57,930 nt of DNA, from assembly GCA_943358395.1 (NCBI GenBank), contig CALRGY010000003.1:1-57930 (forward strand). Direction: 5' to 3'. Origin of the DNA: Candidatus Uhrbacteria bacterium. GTDB lineage: Bacteria > Patescibacteriota > Patescibacteriia > UBA9934. Positions 18,400-27,474 of the stretch are shown here, in pieces. The position numbers and the translations under genes were made by a program. Every line of letters begins with the position of its first letter. The first letter of the stretch is position 1. The notes beneath the pieces are model-generated. The model had not been told where the DNA came from. It was given only the letters and a program-made list of their open reading frames with translations, and did no database searches.

Positions 18400-20151
18400 T
18401 TAAAAAAGAGTGCAAGCAATGGCCTGCGGGGTTCCGTTGCAGCAATACGGAGTTGCCGACGTTGTACCGCACGTTCCACCCGTCGCCGTTGGCCCCTCGC
18501 CTGGCACAAAGCAGTTTTGATATTCATTCAACACGCCTTCGTTCGCCGTCATGCTGTACATGTATGAAAGCGGAACGGCTGCTGATTGATCAGATGCCAG
18601 GAACGTTCCGTGTGCAATGGTCACACGTGATTTCACTGGCACCTGGGATGCTACCGTAACTTTCTCCCCCTCTGCCGTGAGCGAATCCACAGTAAAGGCA
18701 TACCAGAATTCGTGCGCTTTCCCGCTCGTAATTTCCTTATTCGCTGCAACGATATTGGAGGAATTCGCCGAGAATGGATCTACAAGCGAATCAAATGTCA
18801 TTTGAATGGATTGATCGAGTGCAATATTTTCCTCGGCAATATTCGGAGTAATACTTTCCAGCGCCGGCGTGCTCAAGTTCACATCATTCGTGGTAGTAAA
18901 GCTCCACGAATAATCATCTTCTACGACAACAGCGCCGTCACCGTCACCGTCCAACGCATTGCCAGAGGTGTCGACGATACCGTCGTATGGGAAAATAGAG
19001 GCAGCGGGATTCGTGCTACTGGATGGCGTGGCAGAAAAGATCGTTGCCGTAATCGCCTCACCCCCAGGCAAACAATAGATCGTTTCCCCACAGGAATTCG
19101 TGCCGCACGCATCTGTAGAAGTGAATGTGATGGAACGATACGCATTGCTCACAACATATTCCCCAGCAACCGGAGCGGTAGACGACGTACCGACAATTTG
19201 AATATTAGAAAATCCACTTTCACTGAGTCGAGTACCCGTAGATGACGTTGGGTCAATCGCCTCACTAAACATTGCCTGTACCACAATGTTTCTATCTTTC
19301 TGCGAGCCGCTTGCGGGAATAACGTATCGCACCGTTGGGGGCGTGACATCCACCGTGGTGCCTGTGGTGAAATACCACAAGTATCCACCAGAATCGATCG
19401 GCACATCACCGTCAACATTCTTAATCGCGTCACTCAAGTACACGGCGTACGTCACATCCTCGGTCGCCGAGCCAAGATATTCAACAGGGTCGAACACAAA
19501 TGTTTTTAAATCCTCGGTAAACGTCACTGCAACATCGGTAAGTGCTGCAGAATCACCACTGGAACGAACGTAGATTTTGACGTGATCGCTATCGATGGCG
19601 GTTGCTGTGGTGTCGTCCGAAACATCAGCCGGCGTGCCATTTGTATCGTATCCCGTAATGAAGGATGAGGGATCCATGGCATCACGGAACGTCACAAACA
19701 TCTTGGTATTCCGGGAAACGTCTGTAGCACCACGCGCTGGATAATGATCACGAATCACGCCCGAGCCTAACGAATTCGACAATCGCTCCACAGAAACACC
19801 ACCAGAAGAACCACCAGATGTTCCGGTACCCGTGGCATCAGTGAGGAGATTGATCACGAACACGGAAATACCGTATGCCGAAAGGGTGATGAGTAAACCG
19901 ATAACCGCATTAATCAAAATGCCCTTTGCTTTGTCTACTTTCTTGCCGTCCCCACCTGCCGTCATCCAAATGGCGCCCGCGTATACCGTAAGAAGAAGAA
20001 AGAGAACACCAAGAATACTCAAGAACACGGTAATAACACTTCCAACAATCGCGGTAAGGCTTTCTGTACCAAAATCTGCAGCGGTACCCACCGTGGAAAG
20101 ATTCGTATCTGCAGCAAACGCAACAAGCGTGGAAAGAAAATGGGCATTCAT
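18400..20151 (-). CDS. VirB2/TrbC-like pilin fused to SbsA/Big_5-like Ig domains
   Basis: LTVYAGAIWMTAGGDGKKVDKAKGILINAVIG is homologous to the giant protein's N-terminus; Ig motifs YPARGATDVSRN..F..AMDP and WYFTTG..DVTPPTV..P. Confidence 0.83.
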   Translation of the reverse strand: MNAHFLSTLVAFAADTNLSTVGTAADFGTESLTAIVGSVITVFLSILGVLFLLLTVYAGAIWMTAGGDGKKVDKAKGILINAVIGLLITLSAYGISVFVINLLTDATGTGTSGGSSGGVSVERLSNSLGSGVIRDHYPARGATDVSRNTKMFVTFRDAMDPSSFITGYDTNGTPADVSDDTTATAIDSDHVKIYVRSSGDSAALTDVAVTFTEDLKTFVFDPVEYLGSATEDVTYAVYLSDAIKNVDGDVPIDSGGYLWYFTTGTTVDVTPPTVRYVIPASGSQKDRNIVVQAMFSEAIDPTSSTGTRLSESGFSNIQIVGTSSTAPVAGEYVVSNAYRSITFTSTDACGTNSCGETIYCLPGGEAITATIFSATPSSSTNPAASIFPYDGIVDTSGNALDGDGDGAVVVEDDYSWSFTTTNDVNLSTPALESITPNIAEENIALDQSIQMTFDSLVDPFSANSSNIVAANKEITSGKAHEFWYAFTVDSLTAEGEKVTVASQVPVKSRVTIAHGTFLASDQSAAVPLSYMYSMTANEGVLNEYQNCFVPGEGPTATGGTCGTTSATPYCCNGTPQAIACTLF

Positions 20152-20184
20152 GCCGCACAGTATACCGCACCTGCATGAACACGA

Positions 20185-21279
20185 TTATTTTTGTGCTGGG
20201 GAAAAGATGTGTGCAACAGCATTCCGCAGGTGTTCAAGCCCCTCACCAGTTTTTGCGGAAACAGCAATCATGTCACTCGTCATAGAGAAAGACCCTTGGT
20301 GCAGCGCATCAATCTTGTTGAACACACGAAGAATCGGCGTAGTGCCAACGCCAAGCTTTTTGAGAATATCGTCGACGACAGCAATCTTCTCTTCCCGCTT
20401 GTCGTCTGCAGCATCAATAACGTGCAGCAGCAGATCGGCACTCATCGCCTCTGAAAGCGTAGAACGGAAGGATGCGAGCAGTTCCGGTGGCAACCCCTGA
20501 ATGAATCCGATCGTGTCGGAGAGCAACGCCGTTCCCTCAAGCGCAGGAAGATACATCGTGCCCACCCGCGTATCGAGCGTGGCAAACAATGCATTTGCCG
20601 CATATTCCTTGCGCTTGGTGAGCACATTCAACAGCGACGTTTTCCCCGCATTCGTATACCCAACAAGCGCAACCGTGCGCTGGCCTGTTTTATCTCTGCG
20701 TTCCCGCTGACGGTCGCGCACGCCCTGGTACGTCTCCAACTTCTTCATGATCGCCCGTTCCTGCTCTTTCAAATGGCGCTTCATTGCTTCCGTATTCCCT
20801 TCCCCACTTCCACCGCGCGTGCCGGTGCCGCCACGCTGCCGGCCCAGCTGCGCACCCATGTCGTAAATTCTCGGCCCCATGTGCCGAATGCGCGCAAGCT
20901 CAATTTCGAGCTTTGCCTCCGTGGTTTTGGCATGCGCATCAAAAATATTCAAAATAAGGTCTGTTCTATCCCATACCCGCACCTTTGCGGATTTCAGCTC
21001 TTCTTCCAAATGAAAAATCTGACTTGGTTTGAGCACATGGTTCACCACCAACAGCGTTGCCCCCAAGGCTTTTGCCTCTGCGCAAATCTCCTCCACTTTT
21101 CCCTTCCCAATAAATGTTCTTCCATCCGGCTTCTCCTTTCGCTGAATGCTTTTCACAACAACAGCTCCCCCATATGTGCGCACAAGCTCTTCCAGCTCCA
21201 TCATTCTATCTTCTGCCTCGCGCTTGCTTGCCGCAAAGTGAATAAGGTCTGCGAGAATGGTTTTTTGAGGAGTCGCCAT
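20185..21279 (-). CDS. hflX: GTPase HflX
   Basis: FIGKGKVEEI, DRTDLILNIF..HAKTTEAKLEIELA, GYTNAGKTS, LFATLD, DTIGFI, NKID. Confidence 0.97.
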   Translation of the reverse strand: MATPQKTILADLIHFAASKREAEDRMMELEELVRTYGGAVVVKSIQRKEKPDGRTFIGKGKVEEICAEAKALGATLLVVNHVLKPSQIFHLEEELKSAKVRVWDRTDLILNIFDAHAKTTEAKLEIELARIRHMGPRIYDMGAQLGRQRGGTGTRGGSGEGNTEAMKRHLKEQERAIMKKLETYQGVRDRQRERRDKTGQRTVALVGYTNAGKTSLLNVLTKRKEYAANALFATLDTRVGTMYLPALEGTALLSDTIGFIQGLPPELLASFRSTLSEAMSADLLLHVIDAADDKREEKIAVVDDILKKLGVGTTPILRVFNKIDALHQGSFSMTSDMIAVSAKTGEGLEHLRNAVAHIFSPAQK

Positions 21280-21305
21280 AATAAAGAAGTGATCGAGAAA
21301 CGAGA

Positions 21306-21444
21306 GGCGGACGCCAGTGGCGAGGGTGTAAATTTTTCAGCGAGGCTACTAGGATGCACAGCCGCAGTCGAGCGCAAGCGAGACGTCGCGGCGTAGCGTC
21401 GTGTGACGCAGCAGAAAAATTTATACCCGAGCCACCAGTCCGCC
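21306..21444 (+). other. 139-nt rod-shaped structured element (possible ncRNA or divergent repeat-A relative)
   Basis: Nested stems ggcggac/gtccgcc, gtggc/gccac, gggtgtaaatttttc/gaaaaatttataccc, gatgc/gcgtc, gccgc/gcggc and a GCAA tetraloop. G-U pairs favour the + strand. Confidence 0.6.
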
Positions 21445-21469
21445 GGAAGAAACAAATCTACGAGGATTC

Positions 21470-21916
21470 CTACGATTTCAAAATCTTATCAACCATCGCC
21501 TTGATTCGCGAGCCGTCGGCGGATTCTTTCAAGTCTGCCATAAGGGCACCCATGGCTTTACCAACAGATGCCATATCGGTAATGCCAAGCTCTGCAAGCT
21601 TTGCGCGTACCCGTGTTTCCAAATCCTCATCACTCATTTGCGCCGGCAAGTACTTTTCAAGCGTCGCAATCTCTGCTCGCGCCTTCTCTGCCAAATCTTC
21701 CCGCGCAGCAGTCATAAAAGACTCTAAACCGTCCTTCAGCTTCTTCACATCACTTTTAATCGTCGCAATCACGTCGGCATCCTCAAGCTCTTTTCCCAAA
21801 TCAATCGCCTTATTCTTGATGGACGAAATAAGCATCCGCACCGTATCCAACGTTGCCGAATCCTTATTCTTCATTGCTGCCTTCATGTCTTCCCGGATTT
21901 GTTCGTAGAGAGTCAT
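21470..21916 (-). CDS. yqeY: GatB/YqeY domain protein
   Basis: LYEQIREDMKAAMKNKD..L..VRMLISSIKN, REDLAEK..AEIATLEKYLPAQMS, GKAMG. Start trimmed because the upstream extension is repeat A. Confidence 0.92.
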   Translation of the reverse strand: MTLYEQIREDMKAAMKNKDSATLDTVRMLISSIKNKAIDLGKELEDADVIATIKSDVKKLKDGLESFMTAAREDLAEKARAEIATLEKYLPAQMSDEDLETRVRAKLAELGITDMASVGKAMGALMADLKESADGSRIKAMVDKILKS

Positions 21917-21937
21917 AGAAAATATTTTAGTCCTATT

Positions 21938-22062
21938 TAGGACTTTCTCATTTGGTCTCTTTTCGGCTTGCTGCGTCGGAAATTCGTTCAACGTACCATG
22001 AAGTACGTTTCACGAACTTTCCTCCTGGCGCACCGAAAATAGCCGCAAATGAGAAAGTCCTA
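21938..22062. repeat. Repeat family A copy 3
   Basis: taggactttctcatttg...caacgtaccatgaagtacgtttc...caaatgagaaagtccta (perfect 17-bp terminal inverted repeat). Confidence 0.88.
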
Positions 22063-22138
22063 CTATTATTAAAGTAATTTAGATGAGTTCATATATGAAT
22101 AGTATACGTGACCGAACGGATTTCGTCATTCGGATACC

Positions 22139-22168
22139 AAAAGCCTCCCGATTTCTCAGGAGGCTTTT
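22139..22168 (-). terminator. Intrinsic terminator after rpsU
   Basis: aaaagcctcc-cgatttctca-ggaggctttt. Confidence 0.75.
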
Positions 22169-22171
22169 GTT

Positions 22172-22423
22172 CTATCGACGGGTTGGCTTGCGGAGATCTT
22201 CTTCCTTCACTTTTCCAGTTTTCAGAAGATATTCACGTTTTGCTCCCTTTGCCAAGCTGCGAAGCTTACTTGCTTTTACCTTGTTTGGCTTTGGTGTACG
22301 AGCAAAATATCGCCCAGCACGTACATCCAGCACCTTTCCGCTTTGCTGTTGACGGCGGCTAAAGCGACGGAAAACCGCTTCAAAGCTTTCTCCCTTTTTT
22401 CGTTTGACTTCAATATCAGACAT
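22172..22423 (-). CDS. rpsU: 30S ribosomal protein S21
   Basis: IEVKRKKGESFEAVFRRFSRR..SG....R..RYF...KP; upstream of yqeY as in many bacteria. Confidence 0.88.
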   Translation of the reverse strand: MSDIEVKRKKGESFEAVFRRFSRRQQQSGKVLDVRAGRYFARTPKPNKVKASKLRSLAKGAKREYLLKTGKVKEEDLRKPTRR

Positions 22424-22477
22424 AGTTTTGTGTTCCCTCCTTTCGGGAATGGGAAAATGATAGCAGACGAAGAGAGC

Positions 22478-22831
22478 CTAAGCAAGTTTCAACACCTGCT
22501 TTATGACAACAAACTCACGATCATGCGCATCAAGCCTGGGAAGAACGGATTCATCAAGAATATCAGTGATACCATCGATAATCTCTTCTTTTATGGTATG
22601 CATTTCTTCCTTCAATGTATCCATTTTCTTCATCGTCCGCGCTTCTGAAGCCGAAACCGCAGCATTCACCACAGAATGCATCTCATCTCGAATATCATGC
22701 TTCAAATCCCTATCTCGCTGTTCCAAATGCTCGCGCAATTCCCTATCTCGAACCTCAAGCTTCTGATCAAATTTCACCTCGAATTCCTCAAACATTCCCC
22801 GCAACAAGGCAACATCTTTCGCATCAAACAT
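22478..22831 (-). CDS. Hypothetical coiled-coil protein (paralog of 27475-27747)
   Basis: MFDAKDVALLRGMF...VNAAVSASEAR..IKEEIIDGITDILDESVLPRLDAHD aligns with 27475-27747. Confidence 0.72.
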   Translation of the reverse strand: MFDAKDVALLRGMFEEFEVKFDQKLEVRDRELREHLEQRDRDLKHDIRDEMHSVVNAAVSASEARTMKKMDTLKEEMHTIKEEIIDGITDILDESVLPRLDAHDREFVVIKQVLKLA

Positions 22832-22943
22832 ACAAAAAGAGAAAAGAATAAACGTCTTGTGGGGGAAGACAAAGCGTATTGTAGCATACAGCGAACAGAC
22901 AACGACCAAAAATCTGTGGACAAAATCCTTCACCGAGAACACG

Positions 22944-23068
22944 GAGGACGTTCTCATTTTCGACCAGTTTCGATGAAGATCGAGGAAATCTTCGGAGGCG
23001 TACTTCATGGTACGTCGACGAAATTTCCGATGATCTGAATCGAAAATGGGCAAAATGAGGACGTCCTC
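22944..23068. repeat. Repeat family A copy 4 (opposite orientation)
   Basis: gaggacgttctcatttt...gaggcgtacttcatggtacgtcgac...aaaatgaggacgtcctc. Confidence 0.85.
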
Positions 23069-23314
23069 AAAAACAAAAGATCCCCCAACTCAGCCGTTAC
23101 GCCAAGTCGAGGGATCCCGCTGCTCCGCCCACCGTCAGGGCAAGAGCCGTCATTTTTTTGCCTGGGCACCACCCCAAGCCGGACCAGAGCATCGTCTTTC
23201 GACAATCCCCCAGCGACCCACCTCTCTTCCCCCAGAGAGGCAGGATTTCTACCCCAGTTCCTTCACCCATTTTTCCCGAGCTAGTTCGCCACACTAGTCC
23301 GGGAAGACGATCAC

Positions 23315-24727
23315 CTAGAGGAGGTTGATCGTCCAATGCCCATCGTACCCACCGCCCCAGCTGTAGCTGGTTGGCACGATGGAATACCCATCGAGGGTCA
23401 TGGTGGTGACATGCGTGACATCCTGATAGAGCCACACATTGTCATCACCATAAACACCGTCCCCATCGATGTCCCAGGGACCATTGATAGCGAGCACGTT
23501 GCCGTGCATGAGCACGAAGGAGGCACACAAAGTCCCCACCCCGGAGGCGTAACCAATGTTCCAGTTCGGATCGTCGTTCCCGTCAGGGAAGACGGTCCAG
23601 TCCCGGAGCAACAGCTTCCAGGGGAAGGTTGACAGCCCCGACTCGGGCTCAACACAGACCGCGACGGAGTCACTGGTGTTCGCCAGTCCATCGCAGTTAT
23701 TGTCAATGCCATCGAGGCTCACCTCCACTTCCCCCGGGTTGACGGTAGCGTCCCCGTCGTCGCAGTCGGTGGCGGCGGGATAGCCGTCTCCGTCGACGTC
23801 GGTAGTGGTCGTGGTGGTATCGAGGGTGGCGGCATCGCAGTCGTTGTCGACCGCATCGCCAATTACTTCGATAGCACCAGGATTCACCGCAGTAACCCCA
23901 TCGTCGCAGTCAGTACCGGCGATGACCGTTCCGGTGATGGTTTCATCACCATAGTTGTCGAAGTCCGAGTCCTTCATACAGTCGATGGTCGAGTCCAGCG
24001 TGGCGGCGCCGGGGAAAGTCTGAGAGGCACCGTCGTCACAGTCTCCCCCGAAGGGGAGGTATCCGGTCGGGACGGTGCTGCAGGACTGAGTGGTGGAGAG
24101 GTCATCGCCATAGCCATCCCCGTCCACATCGGCGTAGTAGGTGATGGTCACCCCCTCGTCGATGCTGCCGTCGCAGTCGTTGTCCACGGTGTCACAGACC
24201 TCCGTGGCGGCGGGATTGATTGCGGTGGCGGTATCGTCACAATCGCCGCCGACGGCGGACCAACCGGTGGCGATGCCGCAGCTCCAAGTCAACGAGGAGG
24301 TCTGACCGTACCCGTCACTGTCACTGTCGATGTACGTCGGAGTGGTCGCCGTGGTCACCGCGGAGTCGGTGTCGCTGCAGTCGAGGCCGATCGTCGCGTC
24401 GACAACGAGAACGAACCCGTTGAGGACGTTGTCGACACAGCCGTACTGACCGTTCGCAAAAATGTCAGCGAGATTGATAGGAATGACCGCGAGGCCATCT
24501 CCATCGCTATCCTGACCGATCGCGAACAAGGTGCTGTCGTTGATCCCGTCCGCATCGCTGTCGTAGGGGATATTGCAAACGCTGGTCGAGGGACCAGAAA
24601 CCCGCGAGGCAACATCAATCGCCTCCTCGCGAGTGAGGACGATCTCGTTGCCAGTGTCACCCTTGTTACCGCAAGCGGCGAACAGGAGAGCGAGGGTAAA
24701 GACGGCGTTCAGCTTCTTGTTTTCCAT
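23315..24727 (-). CDS. Lipoprotein-like protein with about five putative metal-binding (MopE-like DCDD) repeats
   Basis: Lipobox LLFAAC after MENKK; repeats such as DCDDTATAINPAATEVCDTVDNDCDG and DCDDGDATVNPGEVEVSLDGIDNNCDG; visibly higher GC than its neighbours. Confidence 0.8.
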   Translation of the reverse strand: MENKKLNAVFTLALLFAACGNKGDTGNEIVLTREEAIDVASRVSGPSTSVCNIPYDSDADGINDSTLFAIGQDSDGDGLAVIPINLADIFANGQYGCVDNVLNGFVLVVDATIGLDCSDTDSAVTTATTPTYIDSDSDGYGQTSSLTWSCGIATGWSAVGGDCDDTATAINPAATEVCDTVDNDCDGSIDEGVTITYYADVDGDGYGDDLSTTQSCSTVPTGYLPFGGDCDDGASQTFPGAATLDSTIDCMKDSDFDNYGDETITGTVIAGTDCDDGVTAVNPGAIEVIGDAVDNDCDAATLDTTTTTTDVDGDGYPAATDCDDGDATVNPGEVEVSLDGIDNNCDGLANTSDSVAVCVEPESGLSTFPWKLLLRDWTVFPDGNDDPNWNIGYASGVGTLCASFVLMHGNVLAINGPWDIDGDGVYGDDNVWLYQDVTHVTTMTLDGYSIVPTSYSWGGGYDGHWTINLL

Positions 24728-24960
24728 GGCGGAAACCTCTTGTACGAAAAAACGACGCATCGTGCGTCGCCCGGTCACCAGAGAAGAAGTGATTTTCTTC
24801 CTGGGCCGAAGGCTCGAAAAGAAGGGGGATTCTTTTCGAATATTCGGCACAGGAAATGTGTGAAACTGACTGAAAATATTGGACTATTCTGCTGTGAAAG
24901 GACTGGGAAATGTACCTGGTTTATGGCAAAAGGTCAAGGGGTGGGAAGAGCATAGGATCG

Positions 24961-24988
24961 AAAAAAGTGGCTAAAATGGCCACTTTTT
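24961..24988 (-). terminator. Intrinsic terminator after hisS
   Basis: aaaaaagtggct-aaaat-ggccacttttt. Confidence 0.75.
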
Positions 24989-25006
24989 CTCAAAGAATAT
25001 ACCGAA

Positions 25007-26386
25007 TTATGCTGCTGCTTTCTCGTCTGCTACGTCTTTCAAACGCTTTGCCACGATGCCCACCACCTTTGCGGCGTCGACGATTTCTTGAGCACCGGAT
25101 TCCATGTCGCGGAGGATAATGGTGCCGTCGAGGACTTCTTTTTGCCCAAGAATAACAGCAAGAGGAACCTTCAGCTTATCGGCAATTTCCAGCTGCGCTT
25201 TGAGGGTTCCCTTACCGAATGCCTCCCCCACTGCAATACCACCTTCGCGGAACTTTTCGTAAATCGCTAAGCCCTTGCGGCGCGCACCTTCGCCAAGCTG
25301 GCAAAAGAATACGTCTGTTCTTTCTCGACGTGGGGGCATGACGTTTGCTGCTTTCATAGCAAGTACTAAACGTTCAATGCCCATAGCACAGCCCACGCCA
25401 CCCGTGTTTTCTCGCCCGCCAAGCAAAGGAACCAAACCATCGTACCGCCCGCCACCGCCCAATGCCATGCCCTCAAGCTCTGGAGACGATGCCGTATTCA
25501 GCACAATTTCAAACGTTGTTTTGGTGTAATAGTCCAAACCACGAACCAAGTACGGGTTCAAGGCATACGGAACCTCGGTCTCGTCGAGGTACTCAAGAAC
25601 TTTCATGAAATGCTGCTTAGAAACCTCATCGAGATAATCAAAGATCTGTGGAGCGTCAGCCTTCAGGGCTTCCATGCCAGGCTCCTTCGAGTCGAGCAAA
25701 CGTAACGGATTCTTCGTTAACCGTTTCAAATCCGTTTCAGACAGCAATTTCTTGTGCTGCTTGAAGTATTTCGCGAGCTCAGCAATGTAATCCTTGCGTG
25801 AAACTGGGGTGCCAAGGGAATTGACTTGAACAATGACATCAAGGCCAAGGTCGCGGCAAAACCGTTGCGCCATGAGAATAATCTGCGCGTCTACCACAGG
25901 GTCATCGGAGCCAAAGGCTTCCAAGCCCCACTGATAGAATTGACGATATCGTCCAGCTTGTGGACGTTCATGACGGAAAAATGGCTCAAAGTACCACAAC
26001 TTTACTGGCTGAGACTGGCTCACCATGCCGTGCTCGATGTATGCGCGTGCCGCCTGCGCCGTGCCCTCTGGGCGAAGGGTCATTTTTACCCCGCCCTGAT
26101 CGACAAACGTAAACATTTCTTTTTCTACAATGTCTGTGTCCTTCCCCACCGATCGTTCGAATAATGCCGTCTGTTCCAGCACCGGCATACGAATGCGATT
26201 AAAACCGTATGCACGAGTCATCGATCGCGCCAACTCTTCTACCTTCTCCCACGCAGCCTGCTCGTCTGCTAATACATCCCGGAATCCCCGCAATGTTTCT
26301 GGAGTTTTGGACTTTTTCTTTGGCTCTACTGCTGGTGCAGCTGCCTTTACAGGCGTTTCTTCTAATTCGGTTGATGATGAAGGCAT
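25007..26386 (-). CDS. hisS: Histidine--tRNA ligase
   Basis: LRGFRD, DIVEKEMFTF, LRPEGTA, FRHERPQAGRYRQFYQ, LVRGLDYY, GGGRYDGL, GIERL. Confidence 0.98.
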   Translation of the reverse strand: MPSSSTELEETPVKAAAPAVEPKKKSKTPETLRGFRDVLADEQAAWEKVEELARSMTRAYGFNRIRMPVLEQTALFERSVGKDTDIVEKEMFTFVDQGGVKMTLRPEGTAQAARAYIEHGMVSQSQPVKLWYFEPFFRHERPQAGRYRQFYQWGLEAFGSDDPVVDAQIILMAQRFCRDLGLDVIVQVNSLGTPVSRKDYIAELAKYFKQHKKLLSETDLKRLTKNPLRLLDSKEPGMEALKADAPQIFDYLDEVSKQHFMKVLEYLDETEVPYALNPYLVRGLDYYTKTTFEIVLNTASSPELEGMALGGGGRYDGLVPLLGGRENTGGVGCAMGIERLVLAMKAANVMPPRRERTDVFFCQLGEGARRKGLAIYEKFREGGIAVGEAFGKGTLKAQLEIADKLKVPLAVILGQKEVLDGTIILRDMESGAQEIVDAAKVVGIVAKRLKDVADEKAAA

Positions 26387-26405
26387 AGAAAATAAGAATG
26401 ATTAG

Positions 26406-26502
26406 ACCCCCTCCTTACTCCCCCTTTGCAGGGGGAGGGTTCTCGATCAGACGAATCTCGATCGTGACCTCTCCCCCATTTATGGGGGAGTCGGAGGGGG
26501 CT
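26406..26502. repeat. Repeat family B copies 4 and 5 as an inverted pair
   Basis: accccctccttactccccctttgcagggggagggt (26406-26440) and ctctcccccatttatgggggagtcggagggggct (26469-26502). Confidence 0.8.
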
Positions 26503-26526
26503 GAAGCCGAATGGCGACCTTAGGTG

Positions 26527-27135
26527 TTAATACGTAGGAACCGTAAACGTTCCCGCCCGATCAAACGGCAACCCACGCACCCACACCCTGCCAATGAAAT
26601 GATCCCTCGGAACGGCACCAAAGTACCTTGAATCCAAACTTGCGTCACGATTATCCCCCATAACATAGTATTCATCTGTTCCCAAGGTACGACGATCACG
26701 CCCCTCTGTTACCTCACTAATATACGACTCGTGAAGCGAAAACCCGTTCGGAACCTCTGTATTAAACACAGTAATCGTCCCATTGCGAACTTCTACCGTT
26801 TCCCCTGGAAGCCCGATCACTCGCTTAATGTAATATTGATCATCGTGCTGCGGAGGGCGAAACACGATAATTTCTCCGCGTTCTGGGTTTCGAAAATGGA
26901 ACGTCAACTCGTCGATAATAAGGTACTCGCTGTCGTAAAAGTTGGGCTCCATGGAAGCGCCTTTCACAATAAACGGCTGAATAAGAAAGTACCGCACCGG
27001 CAAAATAATCGCCAAGGCAAGCAGAGCAATCTGCGCAATCTCCAGCACAAAAAGCGCACATGCTCCAATTGTTGGCCCAAACCACTTCATAAACCGATGT
27101 TCTTCCGGCGGCACATCCTTAGGATCAAGAAGCAT
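26527..27135 (-). CDS. lepB: Signal peptidase I
   Basis: GASMEPNF, YYIKRVIGLPGE, YYVMGDNRDASLDSRYFG. Confidence 0.96.
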   Translation of the reverse strand: MLLDPKDVPPEEHRFMKWFGPTIGACALFVLEIAQIALLALAIILPVRYFLIQPFIVKGASMEPNFYDSEYLIIDELTFHFRNPERGEIIVFRPPQHDDQYYIKRVIGLPGETVEVRNGTITVFNTEVPNGFSLHESYISEVTEGRDRRTLGTDEYYVMGDNRDASLDSRYFGAVPRDHFIGRVWVRGLPFDRAGTFTVPTY

Positions 27136-27175
27136 AGATAGGAAGAGAATAGCACAAACCTCCCCCATCGTCATC

Positions 27176-27204
27176 TTGCGAGTACGCTCCTGTTTTGGTA
27201 TCCT
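27176..27204 (+). promoter_or_regulatory. Putative promoter of the tRNA-CAT gene
   Basis: TTGCGA-17 nt-TATCCT with a TG extension. Confidence 0.5.
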
Positions 27205-27230
27205 CTCCTCGATCTTGAATGAGAAGCGTC

Positions 27231-27361
27231 TGGAAAATGTGCTAAGTTTGGCTAGATGCAAGGCGTGACGAAGACGGGATCGTCAAGACGTACTTCACGG
27301 TACGTCGTCGATCACGTCGAGGAGCAACGCAGCAGATAGCCAAACTTGGGCACATTTTCCA
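27231..27361. repeat. Repeat family A copy 5 (divergent)
   Basis: tggaaaatgtgctaagtttggcta...aagacgtacttcacggtacgtcg...tagccaaacttgggcacattttcca; ends 1 nt before the tRNA. Confidence 0.75.
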
Positions 27362-27362
27362 T

Positions 27363-27438
27363 GGCTGGGTAGCTCAGTTGGTAGAGCACAGGACTCATAA
27401 GCCTGTTGTCGCGGGTTCGATCCCCGCCCCAGCTACCA
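27363..27438 (+). tRNA. tRNA-Met(CAT), elongator type (or Ile2)
   Basis: GGCTGGGTAGCTCAGTTGGTAGAGCACAGGACT-CAT-AAGCCTGTTGTCGCGGGTTCGATCCCCGCCCCAGCTACCA. Lacks the initiator C1:A72 mismatch and the three G-C anticodon-stem pairs. Confidence 0.93.
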
Positions 27439-27465
27439 AAAAGAACCGATTGCTCGGTTCTTTTT
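27439..27465. terminator. Bidirectional terminator
   Basis: aaaagaaccga-ttgc-tcggttcttttt. Confidence 0.8.
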
Positions 27466-27474
27466 CTTTGGACT

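Noticed and set aside
21306-21444. SRP RNA
   Set aside because: Lacks the CAGG...GNRA...AGCAG domain IV arrangement around the apical loop.
26387-26526. T-box upstream of hisS
   Set aside because: No GGTGGNACC motif; the region holds only repeat-B copies.
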